NCBI GenBank assembly: GCA_965205855.1
Contig: OZ242184.1
Location: forward strand, 224,001-288,000
Reading direction: 5' to 3'
Source of the DNA: Thermodesulfobacteriota bacterium
GTDB lineage: Bacteria; Desulfobacterota_D; UBA1144; Nemesobacterales; Mycalebacteriaceae
DNA length: 64,000 bases
Shown: positions 48,413 to 57,970 of the stretch, piece after piece
Layout of the letters: every line of letters starts with the position of its first letter
Numbering within the stretch: the stretch's first letter is position 1
Program-made: the position numbers and the translations under genes
The notes under the pieces: model-generated
Told to the model about the DNA's origin: nothing
What the model saw: the letters and a program-made list of their open reading frames with translations, nothing else
Databases searched by the model: none

Positions 48413-50341
48413 ATGTCTAAAATAAAAGTCATATATAAAGACACCGCCGCCGAAATTGAATCCGGCACGACAGTTGCTCGGGCGCTTTCCGCCGTTGGTG
48501 CGGACAAAGGCGCAATCGGGGCGACAGTGGATGGCGTTCTTATGGATTTGACCCAGTCCGTGAGCGCAGACGTTTCGCTTGAGCCGGTCAAACAGAACTC
48601 AAAGGAAAGTCTCGCGCTTGTTCGCCATACAGCCGCACATGTTATGGCGGAAGCGGTTCAGGGGCTTTATCCGGGGGTCAAGGTAACAATCGGCCCCGTT
48701 ATTGAAAACGGGTTTTATTACGACTTTGACGCATCTGAGCCTTTCACTCCCGAAGACCTTGAGAAAATAGAGAAGCGAATGGCAGAGATTGTGAGCGAAA
48801 ACAGACCGCTTTTGCGCAAAACCGTCTCGCGCAAGGAAGCGGTTAAAACCTTTTCGGACATGGGAGAAAACTACAAACTGGAAATTATAGACGGATTGCC
48901 CGAAGGCGAAGACATAACGATTTACGACCAGGGCAAATGGTTTGACCTTTGCAGGGGGCCTCACGCGCCTTCAACGGGGGCGGTAAAGGCGTTCAAACTC
49001 ACCGCGACTGCGGGCGCATACTGGCGCGGGATTGAGACAAATCCCATGCTTCAACGCATATACGGAACCGCGTTTGCGGACAGAAAAGAGTTGAAAAAAC
49101 ATCTGGCAATGCTGGAAGAGGCGAAAAAGCGCGACCACAGAAAACTCGGCAAAGAACTTGACCTTTTCAGCATTCGGGACGATGTTGGTCCCGGGCTTGT
49201 GCTTTGGCACCCGAAAGGCGCGCGCGTCCGCGGCGTAATAGAGGATTTCTGGCGCAATGAGCATAGAAAAGCCGGTTATGACATCCTTTACACACCGCAC
49301 CTTGCTCGCCTTGACCTGTGGAAAACAAGCGGACATCTGGACTTCTACTCCGAAAATATGTTTCCGCCGTCCCAGGTTGACAACTCGGACTATCAGATAA
49401 AACCGATGAACTGTCCGTTTCATATCCTGATCTACAAATCCGCCATCAGAAGTTACAGAGACCTGCCGCTCCGTTGGGCGGAAGTGGGAACGGTCTACAG
49501 ATATGAGCGCTCCGGCGTTCTTCACGGTCTTTTAAGGGTCAGGGGTTTTTCTCAGGATGACGCTCACGTATTCTGCCGTCCCGACCAGATAGGCGATGAA
49601 GTCGGTGGCGTTATAGACTTGACGCTTCTGTTTCTCAAAAAGTTCGGGTTTGAGGATTTTGAAGTCTTTCTTTCAACAAGACCGGACAAGTTTGTCGGAG
49701 AGGAAGAAGACTGGGAAAACGCGACCGAAGCCATCAAATCTGTGCTTGCGGCAAAGAATCTGAATTACTCAATTGATGAAAAAGGCGGCGCTTTCTACGG
49801 GCCGAAGATAGACCTCAAAATCAAGGATGTTATCGGCAGGTCTTGGCAGTGCTCCACCGTTCAGTTAGATTTCAACCTCCCGAAACGGTTTGACATGGCG
49901 TTTGTGGGTGAGGATAATGTACGCCATGTTCCGATAATGATTCATCGGGCGATATTCGGTTCGCTTGAGAGATTTTTCGGGATTCTGGTTGAGCATTACG
50001 GCGGTGCTTTTCCGCTTTGGCTCAGCCCGGTTCAGGTGAGAGTGGCGACAATAGCCGACAGGTATGTGGAATACGCAAAATCCGTTGTGAACACACTTCG
50101 GGAGCAAGGCGTCAGAGTTGAAGAAGATTTCAGAAATGAGAAACTTGGTTATAAGGTCAGAGAAGCGCAACTTATGAAGATACCGTATCTGCTTGTAATC
50201 GGAGAGAAAGAGGCGGAAAATTCAACGGTTGCTCCGAGAAAATATGGAAGTGAAAATTTGAACCCGATGGGGATTGGAGAATTTATTGAAGTTCTGAGCG
50301 GCGAGGATGCGAATGTTTCCGGCGGGGAGATTCTGCTATAA
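48413..50341 (+). CDS. thrS: Threonine-tRNA ligase
   Basis: RHTAAHVMA, DLCRGPH, RDHRKLG, KPMNCP, RVRGFSQDDAH, IHRAIFGS. Confidence 0.97.
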   Translation: MSKIKVIYKDTAAEIESGTTVARALSAVGADKGAIGATVDGVLMDLTQSVSADVSLEPVKQNSKESLALVRHTAAHVMAEAVQGLYPGVKVTIGPVIENGFYYDFDASEPFTPEDLEKIEKRMAEIVSENRPLLRKTVSRKEAVKTFSDMGENYKLEIIDGLPEGEDITIYDQGKWFDLCRGPHAPSTGAVKAFKLTATAGAYWRGIETNPMLQRIYGTAFADRKELKKHLAMLEEAKKRDHRKLGKELDLFSIRDDVGPGLVLWHPKGARVRGVIEDFWRNEHRKAGYDILYTPHLARLDLWKTSGHLDFYSENMFPPSQVDNSDYQIKPMNCPFHILIYKSAIRSYRDLPLRWAEVGTVYRYERSGVLHGLLRVRGFSQDDAHVFCRPDQIGDEVGGVIDLTLLFLKKFGFEDFEVFLSTRPDKFVGEEEDWENATEAIKSVLAAKNLNYSIDEKGGAFYGPKIDLKIKDVIGRSWQCSTVQLDFNLPKRFDMAFVGEDNVRHVPIMIHRAIFGSLERFFGILVEHYGGAFPLWLSPVQVRVATIADRYVEYAKSVVNTLREQGVRVEEDFRNEKLGYKVREAQLMKIPYLLVIGEKEAENSTVAPRKYGSENLNPMGIGEFIEVLSGEDANVSGGEILL

Positions 50342-50922
50342 GGTCTCCCAGAAGAAAGCCGGATAAACGCCCACCGGTAACAAGAATTAACCACAGAATA
50401 AGGGCTTCTCAGGTGAGAGTTATAGACAATGACGGGAAACAACTCGGAGTTATGAGCATAGATGAAGCCATTCTGAAAGCAAAACAGGCGGAACTTGACC
50501 TTGTTGAGATTGCTCCCGATACACAACCTCCGGTTTGCAGGCTTGTTGATTATGGAAAATACAAATATCTCCAGAAGAAGAACACGCGCAAGCAGAAGCC
50601 CAGCTCCATCAAAGAGGTTAAGTTGAGGCCTCACATCGGACAGCACGATCTGGAAGTGAAAATGGGAAGGATAAAATCTTTTCTTGAAGACGGATGCAAG
50701 GCGAAACTCAGGGTGATGTTCAGGGGAAGGGAGTTTGTACATCAGAACATTGGGTTTGAGCTTATCTCTTCAATAGTGGAAGAAGTCTCGGATTTGGGTA
50801 AAGTTGATTCTCCCGCGAAACTTGAGGGCAGAAACATTATCGCCGTTCTCTCGCCCATAAAGACCGCCGGAGCTGAAAAGACGGCGGAGAAAAAGGAAGA
50901 AAGCGGAGTACAGCAGCAATGA
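50338..50922 (+). CDS. infC: Translation initiation factor IF-3 (ATA start)
   Basis: RINHRIRASQVRVI..LDLVEIAP..PPVC; in-frame ATA 50338 after GGGGAG; no ATG upstream of the conserved N-terminus. Confidence 0.93.
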   Translation: MRSPRRKPDKRPPVTRINHRIRASQVRVIDNDGKQLGVMSIDEAILKAKQAELDLVEIAPDTQPPVCRLVDYGKYKYLQKKNTRKQKPSSIKEVKLRPHIGQHDLEVKMGRIKSFLEDGCKAKLRVMFRGREFVHQNIGFELISSIVEEVSDLGKVDSPAKLEGRNIIAVLSPIKTAGAEKTAEKKEESGVQQQ

Positions 50923-51119
50923 AAAACAAGATAAAATCAAACAGAAGCGCGGCAAAGAGGTTTTCTCTTATGGGTAGCGGAAAGGTCAAAATGGCAAGAG
51001 GTGGCAAATCGCACCTCAATGTCAAAAAGAATTCCAAAAGAATGAGGCGTCTCGGCTCGGCGCTTTATTTTGAAGGAGCACCGGCAAAGAGGATTGCCTC
51101 TTATATTTCCGGTAAATAG
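50919..51119 (+). CDS. rpmI: 50S ribosomal protein L35
   Basis: KIKSNRSAAKRF..GSGK..SHLNVKK; operon position. Confidence 0.93.
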   Translation: MKNKIKSNRSAAKRFSLMGSGKVKMARGGKSHLNVKKNSKRMRRLGSALYFEGAPAKRIASYISGK

Positions 51120-51137
51120 GTTCGGGGGAAACGAAAA

Positions 51138-51482
51138 ATGAGAGTAACACCATCGGTCGCGTCCCGTAACAGACGCAAAAAGATTCTCAAGCAGGCAAGG
51201 GGTTTCTGGGGTCGCAGAAAAAACAACCTCAGAAAAGCGAAAGAAACCCTTCTGCGCGCGATGGCTTATTCCTATCGCGACAGGCGCAACAGAAAAAGAG
51301 ACTTCCGCGCGCTTTGGATAACAAGGATAAACGCGGCGGTCAGGCCATACGGTTTTTCTTACAGCCGTTTTATGGCGGAGCTGAAAAAATCCGGCGTGGA
51401 GCTTGACAGAAAATCCCTTTCCGAACTCGCAATCAGAGACCCGCAGGGATTTGAAAAGATTGTGAAAACCGTTGGCGAATAA
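51138..51482 (+). CDS. rplT: 50S ribosomal protein L20
   Basis: [35 protein letters not shown]. Confidence 0.97.
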   Translation: MRVTPSVASRNRRKKILKQARGFWGRRKNNLRKAKETLLRAMAYSYRDRRNRKRDFRALWITRINAAVRPYGFSYSRFMAELKKSGVELDRKSLSELAIRDPQGFEKIVKTVGE

Positions 51483-51624
51483 GGGGCGACCTGCGCTGTA
51501 TACGGAGGGGAAGCATACACCGAGACGGTGCTTTGCTATATTTGCAAGGACAAAATGAATGAGGTTGAAGATTGAGTCATTGGAGGAAGTTGGTCTACGA
51601 TATGGCTTGCGGTGTTGGCTTTAT

Positions 51625-51717
51625 TCATAATTTCCTTGATGCGGACGTGGCATAGCCACTATTTTCCCTCATAACATTTTCAATTGCTTCAAAGTATGTC
51701 TTGCCTTCTTCACTCAT
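51625..51717 (-). pseudogene. Possible gene remnant, HTH N-terminus like those of restriction/HNH nucleases
   Basis: MSEEGKTYFEAIENVMRENSGYAT then early stop; AT-rich spacer. Confidence 0.3.
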
Positions 51718-51803
51718 TTTACAGACTATCTTTGTTAAAAATCAGTGTCTACTATAGTGAGACATAAGCATAGCCGTCAAAAGCACAATCACTACAACCA
51801 ATT

Positions 51804-52508
51804 TCAACTTAGCCTTATCCCCGCTTCTTTCAAATCCGCTTCAAGGGGACATCCCGCGCAGTCCGGTTTTTTTTTGTGGCAACGCTCCTTTGCGGTTCGC
51901 ACAATCAGCGCGTGATATTCGTTGAATATCGTGGCTTTGCGCGGAAGGTTGTCCATAAACAGTTTACGGACGCTGTCATACGGCGCTTTTTCGTCTGCCA
52001 AGCCGTGCCTTGAAAGTATTCTTTTTGTGTATGCGTCCACAACAAACGAGGGCCTGCCCGCAGCGTAGAGAACTATGCTGTCGGCTGTTTCGGGGCCTAT
52101 TCCCTCAATTTCGAGAAGAGTTTTCCTGAGTTTTTCCGTTTTTTCAGAAAGAAGTTTGTTAATGTTTCCGTCGTAGTTTTCCGTTACAAAGCGGGCGAAA
52201 ATTTTCAGTCGGCGTGCCTTCTGGTTGAAATATCCGGACGGTCTCACAAGGCGCGCGAGAGCTTGCTCCGGGGTGTTTTCAATTCCCTCAACCGTAATCT
52301 CCGTTTTCCGCCTTATCAGCCCGATGGCTTTTTCAACATTCGTCCAAGCCGTATTCTGTGTCAGAATTGCCCCGACCACGCACTCAAAAGCGGTTTTGGC
52401 GGGCCACCACTTTTGCTCGCCGTAGTGTTCCAACATCCGGTCGTGGATGCCGCGAAGCCTTTTGCGCGTCTTTTTCACAAAGGCAATAATATACGGAAGC
52501 AAAGGCAA
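51804..52508 (-). CDS. Endonuclease III-related HhH-GPD glycosylase (start uncertain)
   Basis: WWPA..FE..VGAILTQNTAWTNV, GIGPETADSI, FVVDAYT, C..KP.C..CP. Confidence 0.9.
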   Translation of the reverse strand: MPLLPYIIAFVKKTRKRLRGIHDRMLEHYGEQKWWPAKTAFECVVGAILTQNTAWTNVEKAIGLIRRKTEITVEGIENTPEQALARLVRPSGYFNQKARRLKIFARFVTENYDGNINKLLSEKTEKLRKTLLEIEGIGPETADSIVLYAAGRPSFVVDAYTKRILSRHGLADEKAPYDSVRKLFMDNLPRKATIFNEYHALIVRTAKERCHKKKPDCAGCPLEADLKEAGIRLS

Positions 52509-52563
52509 TCAAGCGGTTTTGTTGACAATTTTCCCTTGTGATGTTTAATCATAGAACTTTAGG

Positions 52564-53655
52564 ATGCGAACCGCCCTCCATAACAAACACATTGAAAACG
52601 GAGCGAAAATGACGGAATTTGCCGGCTGGCAGATGCCGCTTTTTTATTCGGGAATAACCGATGAACACCGCGCTGTGCGTTCCAAATGCGGCGTTTTTGA
52701 CGCAAGCCATATGGGAGAAATAGAGATAAGCGGTCCAGACGCTCAATCCCTGTGCCAGTGGCTTGTTACAAACGACATAACGGCGATGGCGGAGATGAGC
52801 GTTCAATACAACCTGCTTTGCAATGAGGCGGGCGGAATTCTGGACGACCTTATGGTGTACCGGTTTTCTCCGGAAAGGTTTATTTTTTGTGTCAACGCCT
52901 CCAACACAAAGCGCGACTTTGAGTGGGTGGTTTCACAGTCTGAAAGGTTTGATGCGGAGGTTTCGGATATAAGCGGCGCGCTGTCCCTTGTTTCCGTTCA
53001 GGGCCCGAAATCCGAGGAAGCGGCGCGCTTTGCGTTGGGCGCGAGCGTTGAGTTGCCCGAAAGGTTCCGCTTCACGGCTTTTGAGCGAGGCGCAGAGGCG
53101 TTTGTTTCGCGAACCGGTTACACTGGGGAAGAAGGTTTTGAGATTTTTGTCCCATGGGAGCGCGCGGCGGACATCTGGGACAGTCTTGTTTCCGACAGCG
53201 GATTTGAAGTCGCCATGTGCGGTCTCGGATGCAGGGATACTCTCCGGCTGGAAATGGGATATTCTCTCTACGGTAATGAGATAAGCGAGGACACAAACCC
53301 TTTTGAGGCGAACCTCGGGAAATATGTAAAGATGAACGGAGAAGATTTTTGCGGCAAAAGCGCCCTTGAGAAAATCTTTGAGAGCGGCACGCGGCGCTCC
53401 CTTTGCGGACTTGAAATGATTGAGCCCGGAATCCCGCGCGGAAGTTACAAGCTGTTTTGCGAAAACCGGAAAGCGGGTTTTGTAACAAGCGGAACAATGT
53501 CTCCCAGTCTCGGCAAGTCGGTTGGGCTCGCGATGATTGACTCTTTGTCGCTCCCCGCTGCGCTACGCGAGGGCGTGGATGTTCAGATCAGAAAAAATCG
53601 CATAAAAGCGGTTATTACGGCCCCGCCTTTTTACAAACGGAGCGGAAGCGGTTGA
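52564..53655 (+). CDS. gcvT: Glycine cleavage T protein
   Basis: FAGWQMP, FDASHMGE, SRTGYTGEEGFE, GLGCRDTLRLE. Confidence 0.96.
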   Translation: MRTALHNKHIENGAKMTEFAGWQMPLFYSGITDEHRAVRSKCGVFDASHMGEIEISGPDAQSLCQWLVTNDITAMAEMSVQYNLLCNEAGGILDDLMVYRFSPERFIFCVNASNTKRDFEWVVSQSERFDAEVSDISGALSLVSVQGPKSEEAARFALGASVELPERFRFTAFERGAEAFVSRTGYTGEEGFEIFVPWERAADIWDSLVSDSGFEVAMCGLGCRDTLRLEMGYSLYGNEISEDTNPFEANLGKYVKMNGEDFCGKSALEKIFESGTRRSLCGLEMIEPGIPRGSYKLFCENRKAGFVTSGTMSPSLGKSVGLAMIDSLSLPAALREGVDVQIRKNRIKAVITAPPFYKRSGSG

Positions 53656-53706
53656 GACGGCGAATTTCCCGCGGAAAAAACACCGGAACTCAAGGAGGTA
53701 AAACAG

Positions 53707-54096
53707 TTGAGCGTTCCTGACAGTTTGAGATACACTGAAGACCATGAATGGGCGTTGTTTGAAGACGGCGGTGTTGTGACTGTGGGCATAACCGATTACG
53801 CACAGCAGTCTCTTGGCGAGATAGTGTTTGTAGAGATTCCCTCCGAAGGCGATGTTTTCACAAAAGGCGAAATCTTCGGCGCGGTTGAGTCAACCAAGGC
53901 GGTTTCAGACCTTTTGTGTCCGGTTTCGGGCAAAGTTGTTGAAACAAACGAAGTCCTTGTTGATTCTCCCGACATCATAAACGGCTCACCCTACAAAGAC
54001 GGGTGGGTGATAAAACTTGTTCCCGATGATATTTCACATCTTGAAGATCTTATGGACTGCTCGGTTTACCGGAAATTCCTTGAGACATCCGAGTGA
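53707..54096 (+). CDS. gcvH: Glycine cleavage H protein
   Basis: YTEDHEW, VGITDYAQ, VESTKAVSD (lipoyl Lys); AGGAGG RBS, TTG start. Confidence 0.96.
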   Translation: MSVPDSLRYTEDHEWALFEDGGVVTVGITDYAQQSLGEIVFVEIPSEGDVFTKGEIFGAVESTKAVSDLLCPVSGKVVETNEVLVDSPDIINGSPYKDGWVIKLVPDDISHLEDLMDCSVYRKFLETSE

Positions 54097-54102
54097 AGAA
54101 TT

Positions 54103-57021
54103 TTGCGCGCCGCAGTGAAAGATAAAAACTCAAATCCGGACGATTTTGCCCGCAGACACATCGGCTCTTTCGGCAAAGACTCCGAAGAGATGCTCAAGAT
54201 GGTCGGCGCGGATTCCATTGAGGAGCTTGTAAAGCAGGCACTTCCCGCAAGCATTTTGAGTGAAGTTCCGCTTTCCCTGTCTCCCGCCGCGGACGAGCAT
54301 TCATTTCTTGAACTTATGAGGGGCATAGCGTCCCAAAACAAGCGGTTTAAATCTTTCATAGGGCTCGGTTACAACGACTGCAAGGTGCCGGAGGTCATAA
54401 AAAGAAACGTTTTTGAAAATCCGGGCTGGTATACGCAATACACACCTTATCAGGCGGAAATCGCGCAAGGTCGTCTGGAAGCGCTTCTCAATTTTCAGAC
54501 CGTTGTGTGCGATATGACCGCGATGGAAGTTGCAAACGCTTCTCTTCTTGACGAAGCGACCGCCGCATGCGAGGCAATGGCTATGATTCACAGAGTTGTT
54601 TGTGCCAAATCGCGCGCCGCCGCTCCGAACAGGTTTTTTGTTGACCGCGACTGCTTTCCCCAAACTCTTGAGGTTTTAAGGTCAAGAACCGAACCGCTTG
54701 GCATAGAAACGGTTGTTGAACATTTTGAGAATTTTGACCCGAAAGGGAATTTTTTCGGCGCCCTTGTTCAGTTTCCGACAATGCACGGAGAAGCGAGGGA
54801 TTATAAGGATTTTATTGAGCGTGTCCACGGCGCGGGCGCTCTTGTGGCGGTTGCCGCGGATATTCTCTCGCTTGCCGTTTTTTCTCCGCCCGGGGAGGTG
54901 GGTGCCGATGTGGTTGTGGGATCAACCCAGCGGCTTGGCGTGCCAATGGGTTGCGGCGGACCGCACGCGGCTTATTTCGCGACACGTAAAGGGTTTCAAC
55001 GGCAGGTTCCGGGGAGAGTTATCGGCGTTTCCGTTGACAACGAGGGAAACCGCGCCTACAGGATGTCCCTTCAGACGCGTGAACAGCACATAAGAAGGGA
55101 GAAGGCGACCTCCAACATCTGCACGGCGCAGTCTCTGCCGGCGATAATGGCGGCGATGTATTGCGTTTATCACGGTCCCGAAGGGATTGAGAAAACGGCG
55201 CGGAAAATCCAGGGTTTTGCCGCCGCGCTTGCGGGTGAACTTGAAAAGACCGGATTTCAACAGACAAATCCGAGCTTCTTTGACACCCTTTCATTTGACC
55301 TCCGTGCGATGCCGGCGGGAACAGGAGAGAAGATCAGAGATATGTCGCTCAAAAACGAGGTTAACTTCTTTCACGCACCCGATAGAGTGGGCGTCTCGCT
55401 TGATGAAACAACGGTGGTTGCGGATTTGAACCTTATCCTGCATATCTTCGCAAGTGCGCTCGGAAAGGACGCTCCGGTTATAACCGACGGCTCCGCCGCG
55501 CAAAGAAACGGCCTGTTTGAGGGAATGGAAAGAAAAACCGGCTTCTTATCTCATCCGGTTTTCAAAAGCCACCGTTCCGAGACCGAGATTGTCAGATACA
55601 TAAAAAGTCTTGAAAACAAAGACCTTTCCCTTACCCATTCGATGATACCGTTGGGTTCATGCACAATGAAGCTTAATTCCGCTTCGGAGCTCGCGCCGGT
55701 CAGCTGGCCTGATTTCGCAAGTGTTCATCCGTTCGCTCCGCGCGACCAGCTGAGGGGATATGAGAGGATAATCGGGGAACTCGGAGACAGTCTTTGCGAG
55801 ATAACGGGATTTGCCGCCTCCTCTCTTCAGCCCAATTCCGGCGCTCAGGGTGAGTTTGCCGGACTTATGGTCATAAGGGCTTACCATCAACACAAGGAAG
55901 AGGGGCACAGGAATATCGTGCTGGTCCCGTCTTCCGCTCACGGAACCAATCCCGCAAGCGCCATCGCGGCGGGAATGAAAGTTGTTACGGTCGGTTGCGC
56001 GAGTGGCGGCGCGATAGACCTCAACGACCTTGAGGAAAAATGCGCGGTGAATTCCCAGAACCTTGCCGCGATAATGGTTACCTACCCTTCAACTCACGGG
56101 GTTTTTGAGCCTGACATACGCGAGGTTTGCTCAACCGTTCACAAGCACGGAGGTCAGGTGTATATGGACGGCGCGAACCTTAACGCGCAAGTCGGAATTA
56201 CAAACCCCGCGCTCATAGGGGCGGATTTGTGCCATGTGAACCTTCACAAAACTTTCAGCATTCCGCACGGCGGCGGCGGACCGGGAATGGGTCCTATATG
56301 TGTCGCCGGGCATCTTGCGCCTTTTCTACCGGGGCATCCGTTTGACAACGGCTCCTCAGGTTCCGATTCCGAACTCCGGTCGGCTCCCGTGGCTTCCGCT
56401 CCGTGGGGAAGCGCGAGCATAGCAATTATTTCCCATGCGTATATAGCCATGCTCGGCCCCGAAGGTGTCAGACGGGCGACCATGCACGCGATTTTAAACG
56501 CCAACTATATGAAACAACGGCTCGAACGTATCTACAAGATTCTCTACGAGGGTGATTCGTGCAGGGTTGCCCATGAGTTTATTCTTGATTTGAGAGAGTT
56601 TAAAAAAAGCGCCGGACTGGATGTTGAGGATTTCGCAAAGCGTCTTATGGACTACGGCTTTCACGCCCCGACCGTTTCATGGCCCGTTGCGGGCACAATA
56701 ATGATAGAGCCGACCGAGAGCGAGTCAAAAGCTGAGATTGACCGTTTTTGTGAGGCTCTTGAGAAAATTCATGAAGAAATCTCGGAGATAAAGGCGGGCA
56801 AAGCCGACCGCGAAGACAATCTTCTGAAAAACAGCCCGCATACGGCAAAAAAAATTGCCTCAGAACCGTGGAATCATTCATATTCACGGCAAAGAGCATG
56901 TTTCCCGACCGGTTTTGTCGCTGAAAACAAATTCTGGCCCCCCGTTTCACGCATAGACAACGCGTTTGGAGACAGAAACCTTTTCTGCATATGTCCTCCG
57001 CCGGAAACGTATGAGGATTAG
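54103..57021 (+). CDS. gcvP: Glycine dehydrogenase (single-chain P protein)
   Basis: YTPYQAEIAQGRLE, REKATSNICTAQ, MIPLGSCTMK, NLHKTF..PHGGGGPG. Confidence 0.97.
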   Translation: MRAAVKDKNSNPDDFARRHIGSFGKDSEEMLKMVGADSIEELVKQALPASILSEVPLSLSPAADEHSFLELMRGIASQNKRFKSFIGLGYNDCKVPEVIKRNVFENPGWYTQYTPYQAEIAQGRLEALLNFQTVVCDMTAMEVANASLLDEATAACEAMAMIHRVVCAKSRAAAPNRFFVDRDCFPQTLEVLRSRTEPLGIETVVEHFENFDPKGNFFGALVQFPTMHGEARDYKDFIERVHGAGALVAVAADILSLAVFSPPGEVGADVVVGSTQRLGVPMGCGGPHAAYFATRKGFQRQVPGRVIGVSVDNEGNRAYRMSLQTREQHIRREKATSNICTAQSLPAIMAAMYCVYHGPEGIEKTARKIQGFAAALAGELEKTGFQQTNPSFFDTLSFDLRAMPAGTGEKIRDMSLKNEVNFFHAPDRVGVSLDETTVVADLNLILHIFASALGKDAPVITDGSAAQRNGLFEGMERKTGFLSHPVFKSHRSETEIVRYIKSLENKDLSLTHSMIPLGSCTMKLNSASELAPVSWPDFASVHPFAPRDQLRGYERIIGELGDSLCEITGFAASSLQPNSGAQGEFAGLMVIRAYHQHKEEGHRNIVLVPSSAHGTNPASAIAAGMKVVTVGCASGGAIDLNDLEEKCAVNSQNLAAIMVTYPSTHGVFEPDIREVCSTVHKHGGQVYMDGANLNAQVGITNPALIGADLCHVNLHKTFSIPHGGGGPGMGPICVAGHLAPFLPGHPFDNGSSGSDSELRSAPVASAPWGSASIAIISHAYIAMLGPEGVRRATMHAILNANYMKQRLERIYKILYEGDSCRVAHEFILDLREFKKSAGLDVEDFAKRLMDYGFHAPTVSWPVAGTIMIEPTESESKAEIDRFCEALEKIHEEISEIKAGKADREDNLLKNSPHTAKKIASEPWNHSYSRQRACFPTGFVAENKFWPPVSRIDNAFGDRNLFCICPPPETYED

Positions 57022-57029
57022 CCGCGCGC

Positions 57030-57965
57030 TTAAATCCTTATGTCTATGTGAGACGACTTAAAGCCTTTCTCTATGAGAGATGAAATTATGCGCTCGCTTT
57101 CCTTGGTGGCTATTTCTTCGACAAGCGCGTTCTTGAGTTCTTCGGGAACGATGGTTCCCTCTTCTTTAATTGACATCACTTTGACTATGTGAAATCCGAA
57201 TTTTGATTCAACCGGCCCGTTGATGTCTCCGGTTTGCGCGCCGTCAACGGCTTGCAGAAGCGGCTTTATAAGCTCTTCGTATTTAAAATATCCGAGGTCT
57301 CCGCCTTTTTCCGCGGTGCTTATGTCAACGGAATGCTTTTTTGCAAGAACGGCAAAATCCTCCCCGCCGCTTTGCGCCTTGTGGGCTATCTGTTTTGCTT
57401 TTCCAAGCGAGCTCTCATCCTCTCTGGGCATGAGAATGTGGGCGATTCTAACCCGAGCGGCCGTATCCGCGCCGGGGTTTTTCAGCATGTAGTATTGCTC
57501 GATTTTCTTGTCGTCTATTGAAAGCCCCGAAAGCGCGACTTCGGACTGAATAAGCTTTCTTGACAGTATCTGAAGCTTTATCTCGTCAAAAAACTCTTTC
57601 AATGAGGAGTTTTTTCCGGCGAGCATTTTCATAAACCCCTCGTCATTCAGTTTGAGCGAATTCTTTATTTCATCGGCTGCGGCTTTCAACTCCTCAGCGG
57701 AAACTTCTATCCCTCTTTTTTTTGTTTCCTGAAGGATGATGATTTCACTTATGATGTTGTTGACAACATCTGTTTTTGAGACTTCGGGCACCTGTCTTTC
57801 AATCTTTCTCCGTTTTTGTTCGTATTCGGAAGTTGTAACAACGAAGTCATTGATAATCACGGCAATTCCGTCCACAAAGGTTTGCGCGCGCGCGCCACCG
57901 GTCTGCAACGCGAGAAAAAGAGTTGCAATCGCCGCAATTGAGAGGATATATCTTGTTTGTCTCAT
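57030..57965 (-). CDS. SurA/PpiC-type peptidyl-prolyl isomerase
   Basis: Signal peptide from ATG 57965, VDGIAVIIND, IAHIL, FAVLAKKHS, GGDLG, GFHIVKV. Confidence 0.9.
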   Translation of the reverse strand: MRQTRYILSIAAIATLFLALQTGGARAQTFVDGIAVIINDFVVTTSEYEQKRRKIERQVPEVSKTDVVNNIISEIIILQETKKRGIEVSAEELKAAADEIKNSLKLNDEGFMKMLAGKNSSLKEFFDEIKLQILSRKLIQSEVALSGLSIDDKKIEQYYMLKNPGADTAARVRIAHILMPREDESSLGKAKQIAHKAQSGGEDFAVLAKKHSVDISTAEKGGDLGYFKYEELIKPLLQAVDGAQTGDINGPVESKFGFHIVKVMSIKEEGTIVPEELKNALVEEIATKESERIISSLIEKGFKSSHIDIRI

Positions 57966-57970
57966 TGGTG

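Noticed and set aside
52509-52563. Glycine riboswitch upstream of gcvT
   Set aside because: The gap is only about 55 nt and is taken up by a TTGACA..TTTAAT promoter-like sequence
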